Shown: positions 1-14,609, counted from the first letter of the whole stretch. The stretch is DNA of 63,503 nucleotides, filler included, from Choristocarpus tenellus KU-1152 (GCA_964200185.2; 13 parts of 13 records of this genome joined end to end with filler, not necessarily neighbours in it), one strand, 5' to 3'. Translations and numbers: made by a program. Notes: generated by a model from the sequence alone, not told the origin.

Positions 1-70
1 CACTTTTCCTAATTTTGGTCCAAATGGACACCCTGGTGTAGATCCCCCCCCCCCCCAGATATTTTGGGTT
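1..70 (-). mobile_element. MITE subfamily A, one terminus (reverse orientation)
   Basis: The reverse complement matches the left end of the complete copy at 24158 (caaa.tatct-polyG-tctacaccaggg.gtccattt). Confidence 0.8.
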
Positions 71-1093
71 GTTAATTGAGCATGGGCAGAGTTCTGAACC
101 AGGGTCACTTTTAATTGGTCGCAACTGATTCATCATGATTAACTGACTTCAGGATACATTTTTTTGGTCTGATAAGACAGTTATTCCACACGTGTCATCC
201 ATGTGCATACTTGCCTCTGAATGTTCCTGTTTGTGTTGTACACAATGGCATGCTTATACATGTCTGAAAAAAATGTTAGCCTCAAAAGGTTTACCCTGTG
301 GCAGGGCAGGAGGCTTATTTCCTCATGGCCACATCATTCACCAGTCAAAACATGCAAAACCTAGATGGTTAGTTGTGATTAACTGGTGAGAGCTGAACGG
401 ATTATTATTGTGAGTTGCAAATCCTCTTGGTTCACAGCTCTAAACATGGTCATCATGGTGTTCTGATGTTATCATCCTGATATTTTAGTCAAGGGCAACA
501 GAAAAGCCTTAACCACCCCTGTGGGTAGTCAAGGGTTGAATCGGTCGGCTTTCGACATCTTCGCTGATGTGTATTTTATATTGCATCAGAGATTCAGTGT
601 TAGGTGAAGAAAGCACTGCGGAGTGTATGCGTGATGCTTCTGCAATCACTATTGACCCTTGTGAAGAACAATATGTTGCTATTCCTTGTAGTTGACTGTG
701 ACGAAAAGTAATGTGTGGGATTGGGTATTGTAGGATCCATTGCACAGAGTTCAATCCCTTCTCAGTACTTTGTGCGCTGCAAGACATTTGGTGCGAACTT
801 GGTACTCAAACTAAACATGTATGCATGGTGACAGGAAAAGAAAGTAACTGGGGATGTCTGTTTGGTCGAGAGACTGACAGTGACAAAGGATACTGAATCC
901 ATGAAATTTATCAGGCTTAAGAGTGGAGAAGCTACGTGGTTTCTGTATCCTATCATAGACATTAATGGGTCTTCACCTTACAGCTCTACTATCCAAACCT
1001 GTCAATATAACAAACCTAAAGATGTGATACCACATCGGGTTTTTTTGGGGGGGGGTCTGATTTCTATTGTTTCTTTGCTTGACTCTGATGCAG

Positions 1094-4000
1094 GTATCTC
1101 CGCCTTAGCTCATCCGTTAATATCACGAGATCGTCCTTCACAGGAATCACCATGCCTCGAGGCAGTGCCATCTTCCTCCTAGATAGCAGTCTCACCATGG
1201 AGAAGGTGACATAAATGCCTCTTGACTTGTGATGGTACATCCAAGGCGCAAAGCCAACTCTGCGGTCCAAGTATCCCTTCACTGACCCTAATAGTCTTGG
1301 GCAGTTTCCACTTATTACGTAGGATGTGTCCTTGGTCATGTTTCAAGAGTGTCATGTTCTAAGAATGTCATGTTCCAAGGATGGATACCTTTGCATTTTT
1401 TTACTGCAATTCTATGAAGCGGACTCATACAGTGGCTTCGAATCAGAGTGAAAACAGTACCCTCCAACCTTTGTTTTGATATTCTCCATTCCTACCCTTC
1501 CCCAGGCTGTTGTAGAGGACACACACAGGACTTCATTGCTTGTTGCCATTCAAGCTAACCACAACTCTGTTGTCCACGCATATGACTCTAGCTTCAGAGG
1601 ATTTACTGGCGAGGTGAACAGCTACGTATTCAGCAAAAGAAATGCTCAACCCACATATATATATCCACATGCTGCAATATGCTGTTATTATTGAACTGGG
1701 GAGGTGTGGTTCATATCTAAGTGTGTATGTCGAGTCAGACGGTGAGATCAAATATGCTTATGGTGTGTTATAGTAGTGTTGAAACTAGTGCTGACAGAAA
1801 CAGTTGTCACAATAAAATATAGCTGACAGGCAGCCAAGTGTGGAGAGTGAGGGATGGAATGTGTGAAATAACATCCTGTATCACCACCCGAGGCCTTGGT
1901 GTCGATCAAGTGATGACCTTGTAACCCCCTATCTACTTCTTGCAGGTGGTGGTTTTCAGTGAAGGGGAGCTGGTCTTGGATGGTTGTGATTTCTCAGTGA
2001 GCTATGCACAGAGACTGGTTCACTCTTCGTACTCGGTGCCACCAGTCATACGCAATACCCTATTGGGGAATCTCAACTGTGAGGCTTCGATGAACTGAAT
2101 GCCCGTATTTTGTTTATTCTGCCTAACATAATCTTGTACTGTATTGATCTGTTGACCTTAGTCTACAGGTTAGAATTATTTGAAGAGATACATCTACTCC
2201 TCGCTGTCTGATAGCTAGTTTTGTAATGCAAACCAGGCAACTTCCAGGTCTAATCTTTGTTTCTGACCAGCCCCCCCTCGACCCAATGCATGATGCCGGT
2301 GCTAATCCTCTTTGGTCTTCCAGGCATAAGATAGGTGGTAGCTGAAACTTTCCCTCTAGTTCGTTTTAACAACTACATCTTCTTCCTAGTGAATCCACCC
2401 TAACACCACCTTTGCATTCACTACATTTTGATGTTCAATGACAGTCTACACTTTGGGCTCCCATTAACATGAGCATTGGATCCCCCATTCCAATACTATA
2501 TCGTATGTGACCCTCTTCCTCTTTTCAATATCAACGTATGTTCTGTTGTGCAGATGCTATACCTATTTCAGATGGTGTTACATCAGAGTCAGCTGGATTT
2601 GTGAACCAGGCGTACACCTGCGCAGACCAGTTAGACGGGGGTGGTTCATTATGTAGTAGTGAAAAGGAATGCCTGGATGGAGATATGGGGGTTTACTGTA
2701 ACTGTTATATGCCAAAATTCTCTATGGATCGAGAAGAGGTGAGAATTTGGTGCATGCTTCTGTATAGGCAAGGCGCATATGAAATACCCTGGTGAGGCCC
2801 ACTTTTATTATTACTCCTCCCCTTGATGAATGTTGAGAATCTTCTCTCTGTCTTACCCCAAGGATAGTCAATATTGTATGGGTGCTGTGCTCTATCACCA
2901 TGAATTGTGTGCTTACAGTACAAGGTCCTACCTTACCATCTGTGACAAACCGTGCAATCAATGCCATACACATTGTTCAGATTGTACTGATCCCCGTGTG
3001 ATTTGCTATTGGTGTTCACTGTTGGTCATACCCCTCCTCCAGGAATTTCTGAAGTCCTCCAGTAGGATACAAGGAACGTTTCTTTATCTGTAAACAGGTT
3101 TCATTGAATCAACTTTATTGTGTTGGTAGTATGTCGTTTGGGCCACCTTCATAACCAGATAGTCGACACAGACTCTGCAATGAATGACTGCAAGAATACA
3201 GCTACAAGCGCTATAACCAATGCCAAGCTCTTTTATTGAGACAGAGGGTATTCATTTGATATTCCCATCATTACAACTTCTCCATTGTTTAACTCCCTGT
3301 AATATCATAACATCCCCCCCAGGTCTGCCTTGACAGAAGCAATGTGATTCATTTTTCTGAGGATAGCTCTGAACATGATCTGTTGAGCAATACATTTTTC
3401 AGCCCAGACAACTTGATGGCAGACCTCACATTGGAAGCTGACAGCTCTGTTGAGACAGCAACATTGTGGAGTGTGAGGGTAATTGAAATTGAGGACATGG
3501 AGGGTGCTAAGTTGGACGTCATATGGGATATCTTCCCTTCGAAGGGTATATTGATGCCTGGGACAAGGTGAGCAATCGCTTGCAAGCATGTTGTCCTGGG
3601 AAAAGAGTGTGATATGAGCAACTATGCTTGATCAGCTACTTCTCTCCAGCGGACTGAAGGCTAACACTCCGAACTCTCCAAGGAAGCTAGTTGAATATCT
3701 GTGGTTGTCTTACGGTAGGGGACATAGAGTTAGGAGAGATCTGGAGGGGGAATGGGCATTATCAGTCGTTTTTTGTGCCAAGTCAGATGGCTGTTTGATG
3801 AGTTGATAGGAGAACGTCATACACGTAGAAGCATGTCAGTAGTATCAGTGATTAAGTGGGCCACAGCATGGTAATATAGGTACTTGCTCCTATCTTTCCA
3901 CTCGTGCAACTTGCTTGGTGTTCCGCAATAGTTGGAGATTCTTGAGCATCTGGCAGGAATAGGGAGGTATGCCGAACATTTACATTCATTGAGTCGAAAT

Positions 4001-7000
4001 GCAGGGGTATATAAAGATTGAACAAAATAGTCAGTCAATGTGGCAACGTTACAGTAGCAGGTGCTTAAATGTAGTTAATGTGAGACTCATATTGAAAGTC
4101 TCCCTATATGTTGCACAGATCTATGGATAGACCATGTTTGTTTAAGGTCATTGTGGCTGCAACATATGTTGCATGGCGGTTTACTTCAGATATTCCCTTA
4201 TAAAACAAGCTGATCATTTACCATCGGTGGCATATCCACCTCACTCTTTACCTCTTTGCGGGATGACGAAGACTATTCCTTCTTGTTTAGAGCAATTTAT
4301 ATTTTCCACTAAGTTATTGACCCGTGTTGGTGGACTTCTCTGGTGTTATGTTAAGAACTGGGGACTGAAAAAGGGATCATCCCAACAAAGATAGTCCCTT
4401 TGAGCATCTTGATTAACCTGAACACCACAATGTGAATTGCATTGGGTCGATCTGCAGTGGCTGAATCGAAATAGCCAAGCACAGTTACAGCACAGTATAC
4501 ATGGGTTGAAAATGTGAGCTACAGAGTGGATACGCCATTGATCCAAGAAGTTGGGCAAAGTTCAGTGTAGCAGTGGCTATCGCCTGGATAATTCCGTAAC
4601 TGTGGTATGTCACACACGTCTATTCACTCCTGACCAAAGTTTCTACACGTGTTTCAAGGAGATAATTGAAGTGCTGGATTTTTTACTCTTTGAATATATC
4701 CTGTGGATATTGGTTTACTTTCAGGTATTGGAAGACAGGGCTACAGCAGTTGCATTGCCCATATTTTTGTCAATGCTTAGCATGAATGACAACACTTGAC
4801 ACCTCTACACAATGTAGATGTTGTATCTTAGACCCCCCTACACTACTCTATGTTCAGGGAATCGGCTTGCCACGGAAACATAACTCACCATTCTGGGTGT
4901 CTATGTCCAAAGGTCATCAGGACTGGACTCGACCATTCAGTGACATTAGACTGTTACATATATACTCCCTGTTCCTTTCAAGTTGATGCTTCATCTGCAC
5001 TGTGTTGTACTATGTTTCCCTCCGTTCCCATGACTGTGAAGTATCACCGTCAGGGTAACAGGCAGGGCGCCATTGGATCTAAATGGTCCTGTGAAAAGTA
5101 AATTTGTTGTGAGTACGGGTGCACAGGTGGAGTACAGTTCATATGTGATGGTTACATTATTCTTTTTTCACTGTAACATCGGACTGTTTTGGGCGGACCA
5201 AGGAGAGTGCCGCTACTGTTCAACACTAGGTGGAGCTTCTGAGGTATGGAATGCCAATTCTGGGAGGGGATGCAGAAACTTCGTTTTGACTATGAATTCT
5301 TATCGTGCTTATTGGTTCATCGCTCGTTTTCATTCTCTCAGTGGAACACAATAGGTATGTCAGCTGATTTGAACATTTCTATCATGGAGCAGGGGTTGAC
5401 CTGGCCAAGAATACTGCACACTTCACTTTTACCATGCGATTCAAAATATCGGAGATAAACTGTAGTCCCGTCTACACACACCCATTCCCCATAGAGTTGA
5501 AGCCAAAGAACCGCACCATACACTCTGCTGCTTCTCTCCTCTTCTTGAGCTTCCCAATAGGGAATTCACTCTGGATCCCTTACGAATATCCTTGAATATG
5601 AATCGTTTTCTGCTTTGCTTGTTGCTGACTGTCTGCAACCTTATGATATGTTTGGAATTGGGCAACCCAATGTTTGGAAGGGGCATATGATCTATGCCTG
5701 TCGGTGTGTGTGGGACAGGGCTACTGAATTGAGTACCTATGTTCGGATTTGGTGTAAAATTCAGAATTATCTTGTGTGTTTTTTTTCAATTATTTTGTTT
5801 TGGGACAGATTGAAACACACCACGGCCATTGGCAGTGTAATGAAATTGTTTTTTTAATACTCCGTCTACTATTTATATCCTTCAGGGACACTATCTTGGA
5901 GGGGTTCGATTTAGGCCCTTTTGATTTTGAACAACGTGCAATATATACCACGCCCATGGCTGAAACTCAGCATGTGGCTGCTGAAGAAGAATAGCTGTGA
6001 CAACATTGCTAGCTGAAAGCGCCCTCCAAAATGCTCAAAACACACGTACCATGAAGCAGTCATACGGGGCACTAAACCTCTATGACACCCCCTCTTTGAT
6101 GATACCACTCTTGACTATTTCCATGTACATCAAATTACAAAGTTGAATTTGTCTTTGTGTTAACATAAATTTGGGACATGTTGTGTAGTCAGTACCACTT
6201 AGTATTCGGGTGGAGGAGGCCTCAATAGTCAGTGTTCACCCGCTGGATGTAGCACTGCACTTGCCCTTGAGCTGAAGGGAAGGGTGTCCATGCACACTGG
6301 TGGGAATGTCCATTTCATGGCACAGGACGGTGTTACAAGGCCACCCCTACACTGTTGATCACAATTTTCACAGGGATGTGGCATTCCACCTCCCTCTATT
6401 GAGGGTCACTGCAATACGCATTGTTGTTGGGAAGAAATAGTGAGCCAGAAGATCACACCCAAGATGGCAGGAGAGTGTCCACATGACATATTGACATGAA
6501 ATAGGTCTTTAGTAGTTTCTCAGTTGAGTCATTATTATGCAGCTGTAGGTGACCCAAGTAGTACACGCACGTGCACCTAATAATAATAATAGTTTTTAAA
6601 TGCTCCAACTTGGTCTCCTTCCACTCTCCCAGGTCCAATCAGTGTCCCTCTCGTTGATGTAGAACTATACCCTATAAGACAAACTAGCAAACTTTCACAC
6701 TTCTTCCTGCTGACAGGGGGTGGATTGCTCCATGCCAGGGTCAACTCAGAAGACACTTCACCTTACAGAAGGGTTCTGGAGGGCTTCAGACACTTCATTA
6801 CACATTGAGGAGTGCAGGAACAAGGTATGCCTGTGGCTTCAATGCAATAGTAGGGCAGGTGTAGGCATTGGTTCTTCTCCTTGTTGCCTTTTGTCGATGG
6901 TTACTAAGATCGTGTCATATGGGTAGCATTTTGATTACAGAGAAGTGTTAAGGACTCCAACATGGTTGGTGATGCCTCCTTTTAGGGGTTTTGGACGAAG

Positions 7001-10000
7001 GTCACAAATCTACAAATTTCAAAATATCTTGGAGACCTAACACATACCCAACTGTAAATGCGTGAGTGTATGTTGGACAAAGTTTTGGAAATGATCTATA
7101 TGCACAGACTAGCTACACAAGGATGAGATGCTCGTTGTATCTGAAGAACTAAGAGCAATGCCAGCCCCCCCATTATGTTCATGTCAAACTCTGCAAGGAA
7201 TTTTGTGTGCCCGTTTCTTCTTCTGCCCTTCACGTAAAGTGACAAGGCAGTTGGGAATGATGGACTTGTGAGGGGTCACTTAAATATAGAATAGGTGGTG
7301 AGGAGGAGGAAGAACAAGCAAGATAATGAGAGAAATACATTTTTTACTTGTCACAGTCGATAATATGGAAGGTGCTTGATGCAATACATTATACGTCCTC
7401 CGTTTGGAATTAAATGTAACATAAGCTTTGCAAGCTCCATTCTCGCCTGGGAACGATCCATGTGATAAACCCTCGGAAAGAGGCTTAGTTCTCATATACA
7501 TCGAGAGGCGTGCAAAGTTTGAGATGGTGAACTGTCATGACTGTGGAGGACCATCAGTGCAAGGTCGACCAAGTTGCATTTGATAGGGTTCAAAAACCTT
7601 GTGAAAATTTTAAGCAGGTGTTTATTGGGATGCCTAGAACAAATGCCCTCTGTCGTTTGAGTGGCTTGCTCATCCTGTCGTCGCCTATTGATCCCAAATC
7701 TTCGACCCAGAAGTCTGTCTGTTCTCCCGACTCAAACACCCCAATGAAGAACTGTGTGGTGGCATGATGCCTGGAGGCAAGAGGGCGTGAGACTCAGATG
7801 ACTTGGAGGACAGCAACAGTCATCACAGAGGACTTCGGAATTTCGTGAATCACTGTGTTTCGTCATTTGAAGTAGTATGACAGTCAGATTGCATAGGGTC
7901 AATGAATGAACCTTGTATGGTGTCTCACGGAGGCTATGTGACTGCTGTACAAATATTCTCAATGTTTGGGATGACCCATCAGTACACCACACATCCTTCC
8001 ACAAATGGGCGGCCAAAGCTGGGGTCTCCCTTGCCTTGTTGTGGGATCTGTGCAAGTGCGAGAAGGTGAAGAAGGTCGACAGTGGATTAAGCCCAGCCCT
8101 TTCAGAACAGCAGAAAGTCGACAGGGTGGGTTTCATCATCATCGACACGTACAGGAGGGGGGGGAGTGAGGTATTGTTGGACGATCTATATATGGGTTGG
8201 TGCATCTGAGCAAGAAGCGGTTTTACATCCTCATTGATGGGCAAGGTGTGTGTACCTGCACCCCACTGAGGACCCCCACAAACTCCCACAGGTAAAGCAA
8301 AGCGTTATGTTTTGAAGGTGATGTTCCTTGTTGATGTGGCCTGCCCTAGGAAGCTCTCCAATGTGGTGTGATTCGATGGGAAAATTGTGATCTGGTTAAT
8401 GTTGGGCACTACGGTTGCTCAGCACTCCAGCAAACATGCACCAAGGGCACCAAGGTGCTTGTATTGGCCACGGCGGACGGGGGGAGAGGTATACGAAGGT
8501 CAAGATTGAGGTTGTCATCCTGGCAATCAAGGACTGCATACCTCGGCCAAAAGGCCGCGCCATCTTCATGCAACAGGATGGGGTAGAGCCACACACCAAG
8601 GGGGAGATCATGGAGGCAACCACGGAGGCAGCGGGGGACACCATCATCATAGAGACACAGCCAGCCAACTAACTGGACCTTAACGTCAACCACCTGGGAT
8701 TCTTTCATTCCATCCGGTAAATGAAGGAAGGCATGGGTGTGACCAACACAGAGGAGCTGGTGGAGGCCATAATGGAAGCGCTCGATGTGTACCCCTGGGA
8801 GACACAAGAGTACATTTGGCAGAGCCTCGTCATAGTCTATGGTGACTTACTGGATTCAAGGGTGACAACGTCTTCAAAATTCCGCCATCTTAGCAAGGAA
8901 AAGGCTGAGAAGGCGGGCAAGATCCCCCGAAAGCCCTAGTGGATGCGGCGAAATACCATGGTGGAATGGAGTTTTGGAGGGCTTTGGGGACGGAATCATA
9001 GATGAGCGTAGGCTGCTCCAATTTGCCTGAGATTCGGGGGGCAACCTTTTAGTGCCTGCAAAATATACCCATAAGATAAGATGTGAAAAGAAAAAAATGC
9101 TTCTTTGTTAGGGCTGCAAAATGTATGTTACGTTCTTTTCCGAACAGAGGAAGTACCAGCTTACTACATAGTGAGTAAGAAGTATGTTGTAGTTCATCAG
9201 CATAAGTAGAGACGATTAGAATGGCAGAATATTCCTCCATATCATCAAACCATTGCACCTGCGTATATACCCTCACTTACCTATGTTCCTTCCATCAATT
9301 CGTGTTTTTTTCCTCCTCTGAATTTGTTTTTGATTGTGCTGGGGATTCTGTCTCCACTTGAATGCAGGTCGCCTGTGCCGGGGCATCGCATGTAACCAGT
9401 GTGGATGACTACTGTTTGGAGGGATATCGGGGACCATGTAAACTTTTCTATGACATTTAGCCAGTGTTTGTGTGATATATGAGCAGATCACGCATTTGAG
9501 TGGTGTGCCGTCTTCTGGGTCAACTTAACCTTTTTGTCACCATCATGCCATGTTGAGTAATCAATACTGTTGTGAATCTAGCGATTCAGTTCCTATGATT
9601 CAATTAAGCTCCATTCATTGAAACTGAAAATGGATGGGTGTTTTGTATTTTTAAATATAAATAATCCGTCAAATTTTGGGTTGATGATTTGACTCTGGAA
9701 CCAGGACTAATCAACTCCAAGTGATCACATTCAATTTCCTGTTTTTCTTGAGGGTTTAACCAATCATAACCATTGCACCTAGCAATATTGTGCTAGCCTT
9801 TGATGTATGAATTTGCTTTCCTTGCTCACCCGTGAGTACGTTCTTCTATTTGATTCCTTTCATATATCCATGTTCTATTTCTGCCATTATGAATTAAATC
9901 ATCTCCACCCCCCTGTATGTCTGCAGATTGTGCTTTGTGCTCGGACAACTACGGCCAGGGTTCGTCTTTCACTTGCAATAGGTGCACTGTAGGGTTCAGG

Positions 10001-13000
10001 GCATTTATGTATCTCCTTGTGACTGTGCTCCTCCTCCTGTTTCTGGCTTCCTTCATCCTTCTGGGAGTGTACCTTGTGAGTTTGTACATTTATGTCTAGC
10101 CCTGAATTGATAGCAGTCTACATTTGTCGTGTTCTGGAGTCTTAAATTTTACTACATTTCAAGTCTGATACATGAGGAGCGGGGAATAAGCTCCCGGACA
10201 GGGTTATGGTGTTGCACTACCCTACAAATGTCGAGTTTAAAACTATAAAAGTTAAGGTTGAATTCATTATTTACCACATCAGGTTTCCTCTGCCAAAGGC
10301 TTATGCACTGGTCAGGAACGTTCAGGGTGGGCTTGGGTGGGTGTTAGAGTTGGACCCCTTTTTATTGTTGGCTAAGGATTCCTGAGTTTGTCAAGGAGAA
10401 AGGTCTGTACAAGAGGTTCCAGAAAGTGAGCAATTTAACCGAAGTTCAATTATACTACTCTTCCACAATTTTTCATGTCGTAAACAACAGTCAGAGACCA
10501 CAACACTGAAGTTACAGAGTCTTCTGGAACAGATCAGGCACTAACATTTGCTCCTGGTTCTGCATAGTAGAATAGAGGGTGACTAGACACTAATCCGTTT
10601 ATGTCATAGGTTGTTTTGTGTTGAAGACCTACAGCATCCGCACTTTCAAAATGGGGTCAACATTGTTGGGCTGAGGGATCTAGAGTGAGGCATCTTTGAC
10701 TGTGTGCTTCTTGTTCGTACATCCAATAGTCTGTCAAGCACACATGAAGAGTGCCCAGCAAGAAAATATCAGGCGTAATATACTTCCAAGCAATACTTTC
10801 CTTCCCTCATTGCTCGCCATCTAACCGGTTCACAATGTCTTGGCAGCTACAAATGAGAGTACTTGGAGTGGATTCAATTGCATTGTGGGTTGCAATGTCT
10901 AGTCTACTACACATAATGAATCAGAAGTTTAGGGCAAGATATTATAGACCTGCCTATATGTTCGAAATGGTGTTGTACCCCTAGTTCTGTTGATCTGAGG
11001 TAATACTTTCTTCATACGATGATATACAGGCCCAAACCCTCACATACCAAACCCCACACTCAGGTTGGTGGTGCAGCAGCGGTTCAGAGCTTAGAGAGGT
11101 CTGCATCCATCTTCAAGATAAGAAATCCCACACCATTTTCAACATCAAGTCCACTGCCCAATGCAAGAGTCAACAGCGTTGCCAATAAAATCTTGGCTAA
11201 CGAAGCAGCTGTGGATGCTTCTGACAGACACGATACTGAAGGTTGGAGTGCTAAACAGTTCGCCTCGAAGGTTCTGTCTCATATTCCCTTTCAGAAGATG
11301 AAGATCGTCATGGGTGAGAGAACAAAATACGTGAAGGGGAAATTACTGGCTTTGACCCGCACATTTTGTATTCGTTGTAGTTCAAGTGAGTTTCGTAGAC
11401 CATGTGAACCGACAATCTTATCTTGTTTATCCTACCTCAAGAGATGCTCAAGTATAGCTCCACTCTCATTGTTGTGTGAAAGAGAGGAGATTCATCATAG
11501 ATTGCTTCTGCCCGCCCCAGTGTTCTTGCATGCCTTATATGCATAAGAATGAAGAGACTTAAAGTGCTCTAACCATCTTGACCTGGATCACCGTCTGCAC
11601 ACATATTCTTTTAATCCATATTGCACGAAAAACTCTGGTGCTGGCCTTGCTGGGTAACAAACTGCGTTCATGGCGGTCAACTGTCAGTCGTCTGGCAGAT
11701 CGTATCTCAGGTGAAGAAGAGCCTGAACTGTACCTGCAACAGTGATCTCGTAGGAGTTCAAGTCTCATGGAAATGCTGATTACAAATCTACTATATTCAT
11801 GTTAAAATATCGCACGCTGACCTTTTCCTGCTTCGCGTCCACAGTTTGCCACCATCACGCAGATAGCATATCCGCCAATGTTCGAGAAATTCTTGTCAGT
11901 GATCAGCGCACTGAACTTTGACTTGGGCTGGATCCTATCAGCTTCGTGCGTAATGAGTGGCATCAAATTCTACAACAAGCTTCTGTGAGGGGTTGGGCGA
12001 ATACATATACTTTTGTGCATGGGGTGGTAATGTCACATTTCTCCAGCAAGCACCCTGCCACCAACAGCTTGTTTAGAGATGGAATTCAGCCGAGAATAGT
12101 GTCAAATTGAGAAGCAATTAGTTCATTGCTCCATAAGTACTTGGACTACTTCTTCACTTACCATCTATTTTTTTCCCGTGTTTTGCAGTAATTGATTGTC
12201 CTAGGCATTGCCTCACCACTTGGCTCTTGACAATTGAAACCTTGAAATGCCGCCCAAACTTAAGTCTATCAACAATAGATACCATGCGATAAGTCTCTTC
12301 CAATTGCTCAAAACATGAAAATGAGATGTGTATAGAAACCCAGGGGAACCTTTAGTGTGTGTTATTCCAAATACCGGGCTTTGGTCCAGTGATAAACCTC
12401 CTCAACAGCCCTTGAAGAGCTGTGACAAGATAAGACTAAATTCAAATTAATATGTATGGTGGGAGAAAGGGACAGAGATTATTGTATGAAAGCCAACATT
12501 TACAAAAATGTAAAACAGAGTTGAATCAATGTTATATCAAGCCAACAAAACGGAGTCGCCTTGCTTCATCCCCTACTCATTTAATCCTTGTACTTTTTTC
12601 TGCCTTTTCAGGATTATCACCATCGCCCCCATGGTGGTTGTATTGTTTCTGGTCTGTACCTTCTGGTTGGGTACCAAGAGGGCAGCTTCTATTAGTGCAT
12701 CACTGAGGGGGAACAGGTGTCCTCCCAACCTCTCCATGTCAATTTCGGAGGATGGTATTGGTTCCTCCTCAACGAGTCACACAGTCTCAGGTGAGATGTG
12801 AAAAGCATCCCCCCTCCCCACTGGTAATGGATATATAATCCATCTTTATCCCTTCTTTCAGGCAGCATTTTTACAATTTAGTATCATTTGTATTTGCCTA
12901 ATGAAGTAAGAATATACTTTATGTGGTTTGTGAATTGTTGCAGATGTACAAGGAGGTAGACAAAGACAGCAATCACCAGACATGGCAGTTTCTGTATGTG

Positions 13001-14471
13001 AACATGATTCTGGCTGGTGTAGTGAGTGCTTTTAATGTAAAGTTCTCCCATCTAAACAGTTGCATTCTTACCTCTAGCAAGAAATCGATCACACCCCAGT
13101 CCTGCAAGTCCATCGAACTGTTTCACTCCCAATTGCCTCAAACGTACGATATTTGTCTACACATTCAGATGTACCAACAGGTTGAAAGACAAAGATGAAG
13201 ACGAAATCCTCCACGGTAAGTAACCTATGAGTGCTCATATGTGGCCTTATTGCACTTGACCGTATCCGTGTTATCACTCCTGTGTGTCTCTCTATTACCA
13301 GTAGATGAGGAAAATGACAAAAACGAGGAAGACCTCCCTCCTTCCAGGGAAACCCTACGGCAGAAGAACCTCCTTGGAGAAAGATTTCCCTCTCGCAGTT
13401 TGAAAGTATCAGCAAAATGGGAGGTAAGTGAACATATATCATTGTCCTAAGTATAACCAGAAGTGCAGGTAATCCTAATTTACACACCTGTGCAAGGTTA
13501 GTCCCCTTTCCTTCATAGAATCCATCAATTTTTTTGTTTTGTTTCCAAAACAGTAGATCAACTCATTCATGTACGAAATTTAGGAATAGTTTGAATATAA
13601 AGATAGGTGCAAACAGTCTTGAGGTTTGGGGATCGGAGATGCAGTTTTAGGTTAGCCTGGGATTGATGTATTCAGGGACTGGCAAGATGGCAATGATCCC
13701 ACTCATAATGCATGCACTCTGCTAGTATATCCATGACATTATGCTGTAGTACATGGTGGGTAGTGTGGGCTCTTTTTTTTTAATGGGTAAGATAAGGATA
13801 TATTGTGCTCATTGAAGTCACTGCAGTGTGTGCTTGATGATATGGCAAACCTCTTGTCCCTTGTCTCTATTCATATGGTGCTGGATCTGACTTCTCAACC
13901 TCCCATGTTTCCCGCTGCTATTTCTTGCTGCATCATGCTGTGTTCTCATTGTTCCTTCCAGAGTAACATGTGGCAGCTATATTCCCGGCATATCAACGTC
14001 CTACTCATTACTTGCTATCTTCTGTATACTCAGCTCTGCACAGTGGTCAGTGGAACGGACCTGAGCATAGCTCTGATTCTTTACTAGCTGTGCACAAGAT
14101 GATGCTACAGTAATAATGAAGTGTTGTGTGATTGGCATCTATCGGACGGCCTAAAGAATGAGTATTGCATAGAGCAGTTATCCTCTGTGCGCTGTGATAT
14201 GGAATGTTTATTTGTGTAATGATATTAGGGAGTTTCTGGTAATCTGTTGTCCATTTTGTTCCATATCTCCGTTATACTTCACTGTAAATCTGTATGTTAA
14301 AGATCCACTTATTTGAATCCATGGTGATGCAGGTGTTCCAAACGTTTGAGTGCGAGGAGTTGGACGGTGGGGCTAGTGGAGAAAGCTATCTCTCCGCTGA
14401 CCTCAGAATTTCCTGCCAATCGCCTGGTCGAACTGGCTTCGTGGTCTACGCTGCCGTCATGGTCTTCGTAT
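1094..14471 (+). CDS. Partial multi-exon gene: large membrane protein with a beta-rich/Cys-rich ectodomain and C-terminal multipass TM region (stramenopile adhesin/polymorphic-membrane-protein-like family)
   Basis: Frame-compatible AG/GT exons: 1094-1205, 1506-1613, 1946-2078, 2554-2738, 3323-3567, 5042-5243, 6717-6824 (GVDCSMPG..EGFWRAS), 9368-9437 (YCLEGYRGP), 9927-10075 (YCALCSDNY..TM), 11064-11313 (..KMKIVM), 11688-11710 (VWQIVSQ), 11845-11984 (YPPMFEKFL..NFDL..SASC), 12612-12790, ~12944-13021 and ~13078-13215 (both uncertain), 13302-13423, 13962-14045, 14333-14471 (VFQTFEC..YLSADLRISC). Both gene ends are missing. Confidence 0.8.
5884..6649. mobile_element. Possible old TIR element remnant in an intron
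   Basis: AGGGACACTatcttggaggg at 5884 and its inverted partner agtgtccct ending at 6649. The left end resembles the MITE-B TIR (actatcttagaggg). No clean TSD. Confidence 0.3.
6920..9071 (+). mobile_element. Decayed Tc1/mariner DNA transposon (plant/oomycete mariner-like), intronic
   Basis: Transposase relic ~7913-8900: VHL.KKRFYI (VHxDEKWFY), KRYVLKVMFLVDVACPR, MQQDGVEPH, QPAN*LDLNVNHLGFFHSI, ELVEAIMEAL, with stops and frameshifts. Candidate TIRs TA|TGGGTAgcATTTTG (6920) and CAAAATaTACCCA|TA (9071) with a TA TSD. Confidence 0.8.
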
Positions 14472-14609
14472 GTGAGATGATGAGGATGTCGTTTTGCTTA
14501 TTGTGATATGGGATTTGTGTTTAGGACAGGGGGCATGGTGCCAAAATAAGGTTTTCCAGTTGGTAGCTTTCCTGACTACTATCTTCTGTGTAGTGGTGCT
14601 ACACATGTA

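Noticed and set aside
10430-10700. LINE RT remnant on the minus strand (LSPTML.., FYYAE..)
   Set aside because: Too degenerate to support without an alignment.
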